A stretch of 56,744 nucleotides of DNA from an uncultured Spartobacteria bacterium (GTDB lineage: Bacteria; Verrucomicrobiota; Verrucomicrobiia; Chthoniobacterales; Terrimicrobiaceae). Below, one piece after another: positions 28,315 through 37,712 of this stretch. The notes under the pieces are model-generated. The model saw only the letters and a program-made list of their open reading frames with translations, had not been told where the DNA came from and did not search any database. Numbering within the stretch: position 1 is the stretch's first letter; each line of letters opens with the position of its first letter. A program made the translations under genes and the position numbers. Location of the stretch: the NCBI GenBank assembly GCA_937890535.1, contig CALBXK010000280.1, forward strand, positions 1-56,744, in the 5' to 3' direction.

Positions 28315-28884
28315 GTGGAAGAGTTCTGCCTTAAAGTTTCTCTTGCCCTTGTAGTCAGCCTTTTTGCGATGTCTCTTTCTGTCCAATCCGAAGAACCTGC
28401 CCGCCTTGTCAGTGTCCGACTTTTGGGTTCAAACGATGCGCCTTCGCCTCCGACCGAGGTGCCGGTGGTGGTCAAGTCCGAAGCCGAGTGGCTGGCCCAA
28501 CTCGGTGCGGCTCGATTCCGGATATTGCGAAGCTCCGGAACGGATGCCCCTTTTTGTGGCACGCTGTTTGACAACAAAATGCAGGGAATTTATCTTTGTG
28601 CCGGCTGCCAGTTGCCCTTGTTTGCCTCGGAAGCGAAATTTCATTCCGGCACCGGGTGGCCTAGTTTTTTTCAGCCGTTCGCCAAGGAAAACGTCTTCGA
28701 ACGCAGGGATGCCAGTCACGGGATGATTCGGATCGAAGTTCTCTGTACGCGTTGTGACGGTCACCTTGGACACATTTTTCCCGACGGACCGGAGCCAACC
28801 AGACTACGATTCTGCCTAAATTCCGAGGCATTGATATTTCTGGAGGCGGGGGCAGAACCCCCTGCGGCCGCAGCGGCGAAATGA
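28315..28884 (+). CDS. msrB: Peptide-methionine (R)-S-oxide reductase MsrB, apparently exported
   Basis: SelR core CAGCQLPLFASEAKFHSGTGWPSFFQPF .. CTRCDGHLGHIFPDGPEPT..RFCLNS. The GTG start gives a signal-like N-terminus, MEEFCLKVSLALVVSLFAMSLSVQS. Confidence 0.85.
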   Translation: MEEFCLKVSLALVVSLFAMSLSVQSEEPARLVSVRLLGSNDAPSPPTEVPVVVKSEAEWLAQLGAARFRILRSSGTDAPFCGTLFDNKMQGIYLCAGCQLPLFASEAKFHSGTGWPSFFQPFAKENVFERRDASHGMIRIEVLCTRCDGHLGHIFPDGPEPTRLRFCLNSEALIFLEAGAEPPAAAAAK

Positions 28885-29030
28885 TCGCCGATCCTCAGAG
28901 CGATTATTTCGATTGGCGCGGTCCGTTCTCTTCCGAAGGGGAGTGACCTTGGCCAGGGAGCCACGGCTCGTTCAAAAATCAGGCTCCTGATTGAACTTGC
29001 GGAACGGGGTGGATCAGTGAAATTTGAGCG

Positions 29031-29993
29031 ATGCCGGAAGCTTTTCCTTCGCCTTTAAAAATTGTCGTCCTGGACGGCCATACCCTCAATCCCGGAGATC
29101 TTGATTGGTCTCCGCTGACCGCTCTCGGCCCCTGTACCATTCACGATCGGACGGCACCGGACGCGGTCGCGGAACGCGCCGCGGGGGCACAGGTTTTGTT
29201 GACCAATAAGACGGCGCTCACTCGCGGGCAGATCGACGCCTTGCCGGACCTTCGCTACATCGGCGTGTTGGCCACCGGGTATAATGTGGTGGACATTGCC
29301 GCCGCCCGGGAACGTGAAATTCCGGTTTGCAATGTGCCGGGCTATGGAGCCCAATCGGTCGCACAGCATGTCTTTGCCCTTCTGCTGGAACTAACCCAGC
29401 GCACCGGGCACCATGCCGAAACCGTAGCGGAAGGTCGATGGGGCCGGAATCCAGATTTTTGTTATTGGGATTTTCCTCTCGTCGAATTGCACGGCCGCAT
29501 TCTCGGGATCGTTGGATATGGGGCCATCGGTCGGGCGGCGGCCGAAATCGGCCGGGCCTTTGGGATGAAGGTCCTCGTCGCCAGTCGAACTCCCAGCGAC
29601 GGCCAGGTGTCCATCGACGAGGTTTTTGCACAGGCCGATGTGGTGAGCCTACATTGTCCGCTGACTCCGGAAACCGATGGCCTCGTCAATGCCGGCCGGC
29701 TGAAAACGATGCGCCCTGGTGGGTTCCTGATCAACACTTCCCGTGGCGGGCTCGTGGTGGAGCAAGATCTGGCCGACGCCTTGAACCACGGGGTGATCGC
29801 CGGGGCCGGGCTGGATGTTCTATCCGTCGAACCGCCTCCGGCAGACAACCCTCTGTTTCGGGCCAAAAATTGCCTCATCACCCCGCACATTGCCTGGGCC
29901 ACCCAGGCGAGTCGGCAGCGACTTTTGGATATCGCGGTCGAAAATGTCAGGGCGTTCCTCGGCGGGGTGCCGACTCATGTGATCAACCACTAA
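29031..29993 (+). CDS. D-2-hydroxyacid dehydrogenase (glycerate/hydroxypyruvate reductase type)
   Basis: 320 aa. The NAD fold GIVGYGAIGRAAAEIGRAFGMKV, the catalytic region NTSRGGLV..GAGLDV and ..TPHIAW are present. Confidence 0.88.
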   Translation: MPEAFPSPLKIVVLDGHTLNPGDLDWSPLTALGPCTIHDRTAPDAVAERAAGAQVLLTNKTALTRGQIDALPDLRYIGVLATGYNVVDIAAAREREIPVCNVPGYGAQSVAQHVFALLLELTQRTGHHAETVAEGRWGRNPDFCYWDFPLVELHGRILGIVGYGAIGRAAAEIGRAFGMKVLVASRTPSDGQVSIDEVFAQADVVSLHCPLTPETDGLVNAGRLKTMRPGGFLINTSRGGLVVEQDLADALNHGVIAGAGLDVLSVEPPPADNPLFRAKNCLITPHIAWATQASRQRLLDIAVENVRAFLGGVPTHVINH

Positions 29994-30017
29994 AAGTTGC
30001 AACCTAAAATTCTGACT

Positions 30018-30077
30018 GGGAGGGCGAGGCTCTGTCCGAGCCGAAATATATGGGCTCGGACGGAGCCTCGCCCTCCC
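30018..30077. repeat. REP-like palindromic element: 25-bp arms, 10-nt loop
   Basis: gggagggcgaggctctgtccgagcc (30018-30042), loop gaaatatatg, then ggctcggacggagcctcgccctccc (30053-30077). This gives 24/25 Watson-Crick pairs plus one G-U, with no U-tract. It sits 24 nt after the dehydrogenase stop. Confidence 0.85.
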
Positions 30078-30214
30078 ATTATTGGTTTCTCAGCGAGTTT
30101 TGCAATTTTCGGAGGTGCAACGCATTCGGCCCGGAATCATTTTTCCTCTTGCAAAAAATATCACTTGAAGGAGCCTTCGAACCGTTGCATTCTAAATGAC
30201 GACCAATTTGAGCG

Positions 30215-31852
30215 ATGATTGATATTCACCCAAACTTTCGAGCCATTAAAGATGGACTGATCAAAGTTCCGGATTCGGAGCAGATGAAACTGGACAAAGA
30301 CGGCCTGGACGTCATTCACGATATATACCGGTATGCAAAGCTGGGGTTTTCGGCCATTTCAGAAGACGACTTTGACCGCATGAAATGGTATGGCGTTTAT
30401 CGCCAGAAACCCAAGGACAGCGGGTATTTCATGATGCGGACGAAGATTCCCGGCGGGCAGTTGACCGGGGATCAAGCCATTGCCTTGTCGGCCATCGGGG
30501 ACGAATACGGGCACGGATTTAGCGACATCACCACCCGGCAGACCATTCAATACCATTGGCTTCGGATCAGTGATGTGCCACCGATTTTCGACGCTTTGGA
30601 AAAAGTAGGATTGATCACCAGTGGAGCTTGTGGGGACATTACCCGTAACGTGGCGTGCTGCCCGACCTCCGGCATCAATCCGCGGGAGGTGCTCGATGCC
30701 ACGGCGGAGATGCAGGAAATCAGCCGAAATCTGACCGATACGAAGGATTTTTCCAATCTCCCCCGCAAATACAAAATTGGGATCAGTGGTTGTGATATCC
30801 ATTGTCACCAGCCGGATATCAATTGTCTGGGCATGTTTGGCCTCGTCAATGCCCGGGGCGAAGCGGGCTATGGAGTGAAGGTGGGTGGGGGGCTTTCGAG
30901 TGCTCCGCACATGGCTCAGCTGTTGCCAGTGTGGATTTCTCCCCAACAGGCATGGCCGGTGTCCAAAGCGATCACCGAGGTGTTCCGGGATGAAGGGTAT
31001 CGGGCCAAACGCAACCGGGCCCGCTTCAAGTTTCTCGTCGCCGACTGGGGCGTCGAAAAAATCCTGGCCGAGATCGAGGCCAGGTTGGGCTACGAACTCG
31101 AACGTCACACTGATTTTCAGTTTCCGAGGGATCAAGAGTCGGACCACATGGGGATTCATGCCCAGAGTCAGCCGGGACTATTTTGGGTGGGGATCAACTT
31201 CACCGGCGGACGGGTGCGGGACGGGGCGCTGGCCTCGGTCGGGCGTTTGGTAAACAAATACAGTGTGCCCGGCCAGGGTTCCATTCGTCTGACCAACAAG
31301 CAGAATCTCATCATCACTCACGTGCCGGAGGCGAATCTCCCTGCGATGAAGCTGGAGATGGATGCCTTGGGGCTGACCTATGAATCCTCCAATTTCCGCA
31401 ACGGATGTGTGTCCTGCACCGGGATTGAGTTTTGTAATCTGGCGGTGGCCGAGACCAAGAATCGCATGATCGAACTGGTTTCCCAGCTGGAAGCGACCAG
31501 TGGGTGGTACAAGGGCAAGATCCGGGTACATTTCAGTGGATGTCCCTCCAGTTGCGGTCAGCATCAGATTGCTGATATTGGTTTCCGCGGGGGCAAGACC
31601 AAGGTCGATGGCGTCATGGTCGAGGCTTATGATCTTTTTGTCGGAGGACGCCTGGGGGTGAACCGCCGCTTCAATACCCTCTTGAAAGGCAAGATCCTTG
31701 CCAGCGATGTTCATCATGTCATTGACGCCTTGTTGAAAGCCTATGAGGCCGACAAGCAGGGGGACGAAATTTTCAGTGAATTCCTTGAGCGCACCCCAAA
31801 GGCGGATCTCCTGGCTGTGCTGCCGGAGCGCTACCGGCCCCAAAGCGTTTGA
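30215..31852 (+). CDS. Ferredoxin-dependent nitrite/sulfite reductase family protein (siroheme-[4Fe-4S])
   Basis: 545 aa. WYGVYRQKP, MMRTKIPGG.LT and the Cys clusters CVSCTGIEFC and SGCPSSCGQHQ are typical of NirA/Sir hemoprotein. The substrate cannot be assigned from sequence alone. Confidence 0.85.
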   Translation: MIDIHPNFRAIKDGLIKVPDSEQMKLDKDGLDVIHDIYRYAKLGFSAISEDDFDRMKWYGVYRQKPKDSGYFMMRTKIPGGQLTGDQAIALSAIGDEYGHGFSDITTRQTIQYHWLRISDVPPIFDALEKVGLITSGACGDITRNVACCPTSGINPREVLDATAEMQEISRNLTDTKDFSNLPRKYKIGISGCDIHCHQPDINCLGMFGLVNARGEAGYGVKVGGGLSSAPHMAQLLPVWISPQQAWPVSKAITEVFRDEGYRAKRNRARFKFLVADWGVEKILAEIEARLGYELERHTDFQFPRDQESDHMGIHAQSQPGLFWVGINFTGGRVRDGALASVGRLVNKYSVPGQGSIRLTNKQNLIITHVPEANLPAMKLEMDALGLTYESSNFRNGCVSCTGIEFCNLAVAETKNRMIELVSQLEATSGWYKGKIRVHFSGCPSSCGQHQIADIGFRGGKTKVDGVMVEAYDLFVGGRLGVNRRFNTLLKGKILASDVHHVIDALLKAYEADKQGDEIFSEFLERTPKADLLAVLPERYRPQSV

Positions 31853-31883
31853 CTTCCTCGTCGACGGCTCCTATTTCTCCGCC

Positions 31884-32042
31884 ATGACTGAAGTGATGCC
31901 TGAAGTGAACAAAGAAGATCTCTTGATCCGCCGGATTTTGATCGCCACCGCGACGATGGCTGTTGGCGGATTTCTCATGACGATTGTGGTGGTGGCCGTT
32001 ATGGTTTCCAGCAACTTCAATTTCATGAACTGGCTGGAGTAG
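31884..32042 (+). CDS. Possible small membrane protein (52 aa)
   Basis: MTEVMPEVNKEDLLIRRILIATATMAVGGFLMTIVVVAVMVSSNF.. has one TM helix. It starts 32 nt after the reductase stop. A short ORF, so support is weak. Confidence 0.35.
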   Translation: MTEVMPEVNKEDLLIRRILIATATMAVGGFLMTIVVVAVMVSSNFNFMNWLE

Positions 32043-32967
32043 TTGGGATGTCCCCGGGGTGGGATTCTTCTTCCAGACCCATGGCGGCGCACAGGCACCC
32101 GCCCAGAATGATGATCATGCCGGAAACATAGACCCAGAGCAGGAGGAGCATCATCAGTCCGACGGCTCCGTAAATGCCGTAGTTCATGATGCGTGGCAGA
32201 TAATTGACGAAGGCCACCTGGCAGGCCTGGAGCGAGAGAGTGACCAGAAGTGCGGCCAACCAAACTTGGGAAAAGAGAACCTTCCGGCGTGGAGCCAGCT
32301 TGTAAAGCATGCTGAAGGCGTAAAATAGCACCAGGCCGCCGATGGCATATCGACTGAGATCGATCACGCTCGAAATGAGGGGGAGATTGAAGTCAGGAAA
32401 GCGGGAGCGAATCAATGTCTCGGCGGCTACAAGGGCGTTGCGTGCCCCCTGCAATAGCGCGGGAGCGAGGAGCCCGGCAAATAGAGCGCTGGAGACAATG
32501 CAAACCATGAGAAGATTTTTCAATGGCAACTGCCACCAAGGAAACTCGATAGTGTGCCAGGCCCGATTCACCCCCCGCACGAGTGCCTGAAAAAATCGCA
32601 ATGAGCACCAGAGCAACACCACCACGGAAGCGATTCCCACTCCGCCCCGGGCCTGCTCGAGTTGGGTGACACTGTCCCAAATGAACTGCTTTTGGGAGGG
32701 ATCGAGGGGGAGGAAACTATTGATGCCATCGATGATTTCCTGCGAGTTGAGAAATTGGGATCCGACGGTGAGTAGGAGCGCAAAAAGCGGGAAGAGGGAA
32801 AACAGAACGTAGTAGGCAAAGGAAGCCGCCCGTTGTTCTCCGTCAATCGCCCCGTAGATGTGGAGGGTGCGGAGGGCGGTTTTTCCAGATGAAGTCAGGG
32901 CGTGCCGCAGGGAGGAGGGCGGGCTTTCCTGAACGGTTTGTGGGGAGAGATCTGCCATTGCCGCCAT
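32023..32967 (-). CDS. YihY/BrkB (ribonuclease BN-like) family membrane protein
   Basis: 314 aa, about 6 TM helices. RAASFAYYVLFSLFPLFALLLTV is typical of the YihY family. Confidence 0.8.
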   Translation of the reverse strand: MAAMADLSPQTVQESPPSSLRHALTSSGKTALRTLHIYGAIDGEQRAASFAYYVLFSLFPLFALLLTVGSQFLNSQEIIDGINSFLPLDPSQKQFIWDSVTQLEQARGGVGIASVVVLLWCSLRFFQALVRGVNRAWHTIEFPWWQLPLKNLLMVCIVSSALFAGLLAPALLQGARNALVAAETLIRSRFPDFNLPLISSVIDLSRYAIGGLVLFYAFSMLYKLAPRRKVLFSQVWLAALLVTLSLQACQVAFVNYLPRIMNYGIYGAVGLMMLLLLWVYVSGMIIILGGCLCAAMGLEEESHPGDIPTTPASS

Positions 32968-33036
32968 TTAAGCCGGGAGCACCGGGGTTGGAAAAAGAAA
33001 AAGTGAAGGCAGGATGTGAGTGGCGATCCCTTTCAT

Positions 33037-33678
33037 TCAGGGTGCCAGTCTCTCGATCTGCCATGTGGAATCCGGGGTTCGCGTGTAGAGGAAGCGGTCG
33101 TGCAGCCGGTCGCGACGGCCCTGCCAAAATTCCATGGCCTGGGGAACGACCCGATAACCGCCCCATACGCTGGGGAGGGGGACCTTCCCTTCGGAAAACT
33201 TTTTCTTCATTTCCTCGAACTTGCCCTCCAGGATTTGCCGCGAGGAAATCGGGCGGCTTTGCTGCGACACCCAAGCCCCGAGTTGGCTGGCCCGCGGACG
33301 ACTCAAAAAATAGCGGAGGCTTTCTGCGACGGTGGTCTTTTCGGCCTGACCCCGGATGGATATCTGACGTTCGAGCGGCAGCCAGGCGAAGAGCAATGCC
33401 ACCCGGTTGTTCTCCGCGATTTGGCGGGCTTTCAGGCTGGAGGTATTGGTGAAAAAGACGAATCCGTTCCCATCCCAGGCCTTGAGGAGGACCGTGCGCG
33501 CCGAGACCAATCCCTCCCGGTCGGAGGTCGCCAGGGTCATCGCGTTGGCTTCCGCGACCTCTGGAAACTCCAGGGCGGTTTGAAACCACTGCTCAAACTG
33601 CCGGAAAGGATCGGTCTCCAGATCTTCCCGCCGCAGCGCTCCGGCCTGATAATTCTGTCGCATATGATTGACATCCAT
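33037..33678 (-). CDS. pdxH: Pyridoxamine 5'-phosphate oxidase
   Basis: The start is at MDVNHMRQNYQAGALRREDLETDPFRQFEQWF (internal Met 87). ..MTLATSDREG.VSARTVLLK, FFTN..S.K and the C-terminal EFWQGRRDRLHDRFLY..W.IERLAP are canonical PdxH motifs. Confidence 0.92.
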   Translation of the reverse strand: MDVNHMRQNYQAGALRREDLETDPFRQFEQWFQTALEFPEVAEANAMTLATSDREGLVSARTVLLKAWDGNGFVFFTNTSSLKARQIAENNRVALLFAWLPLERQISIRGQAEKTTVAESLRYFLSRPRASQLGAWVSQQSRPISSRQILEGKFEEMKKKFSEGKVPLPSVWGGYRVVPQAMEFWQGRRDRLHDRFLYTRTPDSTWQIERLAP

Positions 33679-33856
33679 CACTCTCAACCAATGCCGGGGA
33701 CGAAGGAAATTGTCGATGGTCGAATGCGCATCGTTTCGCGGCGGGGGGTGGCCTGCCCCATTCGTCGGGAACGATCCTGGACCGGGGCGGAGCTCCGGGA
33801 CCAGCGGTGTATCACAGAGGGAGAAATTCTTCGATGCTTCGCAACGGATTATGGGC

Positions 33857-35113
33857 TCAGCGATAGGCGTCGCGGAGGATTTGCATGGTGTGACGGACGC
33901 GGATGGGTGAGCCGAGTTTTTGCAGATGCGACTCAAGCTGTGTCAGACAACCGATATTGCCGCTGGCGACGACATCGGCACCGGTGGCAATGACCGCACG
34001 GGCTTTCTGTTCGCCGAGTGAGGCGGCGATCTTGGGTTGATCGAGATTGTAGGTGCCGGCGCTGCCGCAGCAGAGGTGGGCTTCGGCGAGTTCGCAGATT
34101 TCGACGCCGGGAATGGTATTTAATAATTCCCGGGGTTCGTCGCGCACGCCTTGGGCATTGGAGAGATGACAGGCGTCGTGGTAGGCGATGCGCAGTTTAC
34201 GGCCAGAATCTTGCGGTGTTTCTCGGAGACCGAGACGATTGAGGAAGGAACTGACATCCGTTACGCGTTGACGGAAGACGTCGGCGCGGACTTCATCGGC
34301 GGTTCCGCACAATACGAGGTGATACTCGTGCATGGCCGATCCGCAACCGGCGGCGTTGGTGAGAATCGCATCCACGTCGGCCGGGAAAGCGTCGAGGTTG
34401 CGGCGAGCGAAAGTCTGCGCAGCGGCGAGATCACCGGTGTGCCACGCGAGGCCACCGCAACAACCTTGGCCCGGGGGCACGATCACTTCGACGCCATGGT
34501 GGGCGAGGACAGCGATGGTGGCGGTGTTGATATCGGGTGCGAGGACTTGCTGAGCACAGCCGGTAAGCAAAGCAACCCGGGCACGGCGTTCTCCTTTGGC
34601 GGGAGTGACTGTCGCCCACGACTCAGCTGGCGGAATCGATGACGGCACCAAATCGATCATGGGACGCAGCACACTCGGGACCAAGGGTCGGAGTAATTTT
34701 CCCAAGCGGCCAGTCGCGGCAGCGAGACGGAAACGAGCGGGATAGGGAATCGTTTGCGCGGCGAGAAATTGGCGGAGCTTTTGTCCGAAGGAACGATTGG
34801 TCTTGGTCCGGGCGATGGAACGGAACGGACTGATTAAGTCGCGATAGGGCACCCCGCTGGGACACGCAGGTTCGCAGGCCAAGCAACCGAGGCACCGATC
34901 GACGTGCGGTTGGGCGGCTTCCCACCCGAGCGAGCCCTCCAGCACCTGCTTCATGAGCACGATGCGGCCGCGGGGAGAATCCATTTCTTGACCGAGTTCC
35001 TTATAGGTGGGACACGCCGCCAGACAGAAACCGCAGTGCACGCAGGCATCCACCGCATCCATCATAGGCGCGGTGAGCGGGCCGTGAGAATCGGGTTTGA
35101 TCGTGTGCTGCAT
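33857..35113 (-). CDS. glcF: Glycolate oxidase iron-sulfur subunit
   Basis: 418 aa. Two ferredoxin-type clusters (CVHCGFCLAACPTY; CLGCLACEPACPSGV) and CCG domains (CCGGLA; CCGSAGTY). Confidence 0.88.
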   Translation of the reverse strand: MQHTIKPDSHGPLTAPMMDAVDACVHCGFCLAACPTYKELGQEMDSPRGRIVLMKQVLEGSLGWEAAQPHVDRCLGCLACEPACPSGVPYRDLISPFRSIARTKTNRSFGQKLRQFLAAQTIPYPARFRLAAATGRLGKLLRPLVPSVLRPMIDLVPSSIPPAESWATVTPAKGERRARVALLTGCAQQVLAPDINTATIAVLAHHGVEVIVPPGQGCCGGLAWHTGDLAAAQTFARRNLDAFPADVDAILTNAAGCGSAMHEYHLVLCGTADEVRADVFRQRVTDVSSFLNRLGLRETPQDSGRKLRIAYHDACHLSNAQGVRDEPRELLNTIPGVEICELAEAHLCCGSAGTYNLDQPKIAASLGEQKARAVIATGADVVASGNIGCLTQLESHLQKLGSPIRVRHTMQILRDAYR

Positions 35114-35114
35114 A

Positions 35115-36176
35115 TCAGGCGAGTGACGGAAAACGGTCGGCGGGATCGAGAGCGAGTTTGACCGCTTGGTGGATCGCGGGCGGCGTGGGTGGCAAGGTCC
35201 AGAGGGGGCCGGTTCCGCGCAGGGTCAGGGCAGGCAACCCGAGGCTGGTGGCGTCAGTCCCGGCTGGCAGCGAAACTAAAGCGACATTGCCGCCGGAATA
35301 GATATGCGCATCTCCACTGAGCGAACTCACTCTGATGCAGAGAGCAGGCACTTGATTGGGTGAGATCGCAACTTTGTGCAAAGAATTTTCGGCAGTGGTC
35401 CAGCGTAGTTCACGGAGATCACTCCAGATTGTATCGGCTGCGGTGGCAGAGAGAATTTCGCCGGGAAAATGCCTGAAGATTTCCTGAGCGAGGATTTGCA
35501 GCGGCTCGTCGGGACCGGCGAGCCGCACTAATACGGCGTCACCGGTGGGCAGAAAATCGACGGCTTCAGCTTCCCAACGGCTGAGTCCGACGGTATCGAA
35601 AATTTCCAGAGCTTTCGTGGGATCGCTCACGGGCAGTCGCAACGTGAGCGTGGCGGCGGCGCTAGGAAAAACCTTAAAAGTGAATTCAGCGAACACTCCG
35701 AAACGACCCAAGCTGCCGACGAAAAATTTTGGCAGATCAAATCCGGCAGCATTTTTGACGACCTTGCCTCCCAAACGGAGTTCGCGGGCGGAACCATCGA
35801 CGAAACGCACACCCAGTATGAAATCGCGCAGTCCACCAAAGCGGAAACGACCCGGACCACTGAGACCCGAGGCGACTGCACCCCCGATGGTGGAGCCGGC
35901 TTCGAGCAAAAGGGGATCAAAAGGAAGATATTGGCCTTTAGCGGCGACGGCCTCGGCAATTTCGCGCACGGGAGTGCCGGCGAGGGCGGTGAAGGTGTAT
36001 TCGTCGGGCTCGTACTCCGTGATGCCGGAAAGTTTCAGCGTCGAGAGTCGCATCACATCGTCGTCAATGGCGGAGAGGCGTGGTTTGGTTTGTGCGCCGA
36101 CCGCCAGCAAGCGCGGATGATCGCGCACAGCAGAGACGAGTTCGGAGACAGTAGTCGGCGTGATGTGGTTACTCAT
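35115..36176 (-). CDS. glcE: Glycolate oxidase FAD-binding subunit
   Basis: The start is at MSNHITPTTVSELVSAV (internal Met 44). It has an FAD-binding PCMH-type domain and lies between glcD and glcF. Confidence 0.8.
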   Translation of the reverse strand: MSNHITPTTVSELVSAVRDHPRLLAVGAQTKPRLSAIDDDVMRLSTLKLSGITEYEPDEYTFTALAGTPVREIAEAVAAKGQYLPFDPLLLEAGSTIGGAVASGLSGPGRFRFGGLRDFILGVRFVDGSARELRLGGKVVKNAAGFDLPKFFVGSLGRFGVFAEFTFKVFPSAAATLTLRLPVSDPTKALEIFDTVGLSRWEAEAVDFLPTGDAVLVRLAGPDEPLQILAQEIFRHFPGEILSATAADTIWSDLRELRWTTAENSLHKVAISPNQVPALCIRVSSLSGDAHIYSGGNVALVSLPAGTDATSLGLPALTLRGTGPLWTLPPTPPAIHQAVKLALDPADRFPSLA

Positions 36177-36258
36177 CCTTGAAAGTGAGCTTCGACTAAT
36201 CGTCTTCGCGTTGGGGCTTCGGGGGCCGTCTGAGAAGCGGGGGCAACGAAGGGCGGGC

Positions 36259-37701
36259 TCATTCGCGGGAGATGAGGCCGGCCTTTTCCAGCGGGTGGAG
36301 GCCATGACTTGTGAGGGCGGGGGCGTTGCCGCCGGGAAACATTTTGCCTGGGTTGGCGATCATCAGTGGATCGAAGGCGGCGCGGATGCGTTGCAGGCAA
36401 TCGATCTCGTCGGGGTTGAACATGTCGGGCAGATAGTCGCGTTTTTCCACGCCGACGCCATGTTCGCCCGTGATGGAGCCACCCATCTCAACACACATCT
36501 TCAGGATGCGACCGGCGAGGGCTTCGGCGCGCTCGAGTTCGCCCGCATTTTTGCCATTATAAAGAATGAGGGGATGCAAATTACCGTCACCCGCGTGAAA
36601 AACATTGGCACAACGCAGTCCGGCTTCACGGGTCATTTCGCCGATGCGACGGAGCGCTTCGCCGAGACGTCGACGTGGCACCACGCCATCCTGGACAATA
36701 AAATCGGGTGAGAGGCGACCGACCGCACTGAAGGCACTTTTGCGGCCTTTCCAGATGGCCACGCGCTCGGTGGCATTGCGTGCAGGTCGGGCTTCGACGG
36801 GGGAACTTGCGGCGATAATTTGATCGAGGCGAACGCGGTCAGCTGCGACGACTTCGCGCGGGCCTTCGAGTTCCACAATGAGCACGGCTTCGCAACCTGG
36901 CGGATAATCGGCATGCACCGCCGCAGTCGCGGCTTCGAGGGCCAGGGCATCCATTATCTCGATGGCTCCTGGTAATAGGCCGCTGGCGACGATGGCGGAA
37001 ACGGCATCTCCAGCCTGCTCGAGCGTTTTGTAGCCAGCGAGCACGGTGTGGAAACACTCGGCCTTCGGCAGCAATTGAACGGTGATTTCAAGGGCGATAC
37101 CGAAGAGACCTTCGTTGCCAGTGAAGAGACCGGTCCAGTCGGGTCCGATTTGTTCGCGACTGGTACTGCCGAATTCCACAACTTCGCCGGTCGCGAGCAC
37201 GGCTTTGAGACCGAGGACGTGATTGGAAGTCATACCATATTTTAGGCAATGCGCGCCGCCGGAATTAAAGGCGACGTTGCCGCCGATGGTGCAGATGATC
37301 TGGCTCGATGGATCGGGAGCGTAGTGCAGACCGTGCGGGGCGGCAGCTGCAGTGACCGCGACATTGATAACGCCGGGTTCGACGACGGCGATGCGTTGGG
37401 CTGGATCGAGGCTGAGGATACGGTTGAGCCGATTCAGGGCGATGACCACGCCATCGGCGACGGGCAGTGAACCACCGGAAAGACTGGTGCCACTCCCGCG
37501 AGCCACGAACGGGACTTTCTCGGCATGGCAGGCTCGCACGATGGCGATCACTTCGTCGGCGGTTTCGGGCATCACGATGGCGATGGGCCGGGCGTGATAG
37601 GCCGTGAGTCCGTCACTCTCGTAGGCGGAGAGATGTTGGGGTTCGCAGAGCAACCGATCGGTCGGAAGGATGGCGGAGAGGCGCTTCAGAAAGGGCGTCA
37701 T
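36259..37701 (-). CDS. glcD: Glycolate oxidase subunit GlcD (FAD-linked oxidase)
   Basis: 480 aa. [25 protein letters not shown] and [10 protein letters not shown] are typical of GlcD/D-lactate dehydrogenase-type flavoenzymes. Confidence 0.88.
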   Translation of the reverse strand: MTPFLKRLSAILPTDRLLCEPQHLSAYESDGLTAYHARPIAIVMPETADEVIAIVRACHAEKVPFVARGSGTSLSGGSLPVADGVVIALNRLNRILSLDPAQRIAVVEPGVINVAVTAAAAPHGLHYAPDPSSQIICTIGGNVAFNSGGAHCLKYGMTSNHVLGLKAVLATGEVVEFGSTSREQIGPDWTGLFTGNEGLFGIALEITVQLLPKAECFHTVLAGYKTLEQAGDAVSAIVASGLLPGAIEIMDALALEAATAAVHADYPPGCEAVLIVELEGPREVVAADRVRLDQIIAASSPVEARPARNATERVAIWKGRKSAFSAVGRLSPDFIVQDGVVPRRRLGEALRRIGEMTREAGLRCANVFHAGDGNLHPLILYNGKNAGELERAEALAGRILKMCVEMGGSITGEHGVGVEKRDYLPDMFNPDEIDCLQRIRAAFDPLMIANPGKMFPGGNAPALTSHGLHPLEKAGLISRE

Positions 37702-37712
37702 GGAGCCGTCGA

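Noticed and set aside
28977-28992. A 7-2-7 inverted repeat AATCAGGctCCTGATT upstream of the D-2-hydroxyacid dehydrogenase gene.
   Set aside because: It is a plausible operator or small hairpin, but it is short and isolated with no second copy seen. It is noted only.
30101-30190. Three TGCAA pentamers, plus a TGCAT variant, upstream of the nitrite/sulfite reductase gene as possible operator sites.
   Set aside because: A 5-mer recurring three or four times in 90 bp of AT-richer DNA is not statistically meaningful without comparative data.
29997-30218. 73-aa ORF MQPKILTGRARLCPSRNIWARTEPRPP...
   Set aside because: It is simply the translation of both arms of the REP-like palindrome, so it is not a gene.
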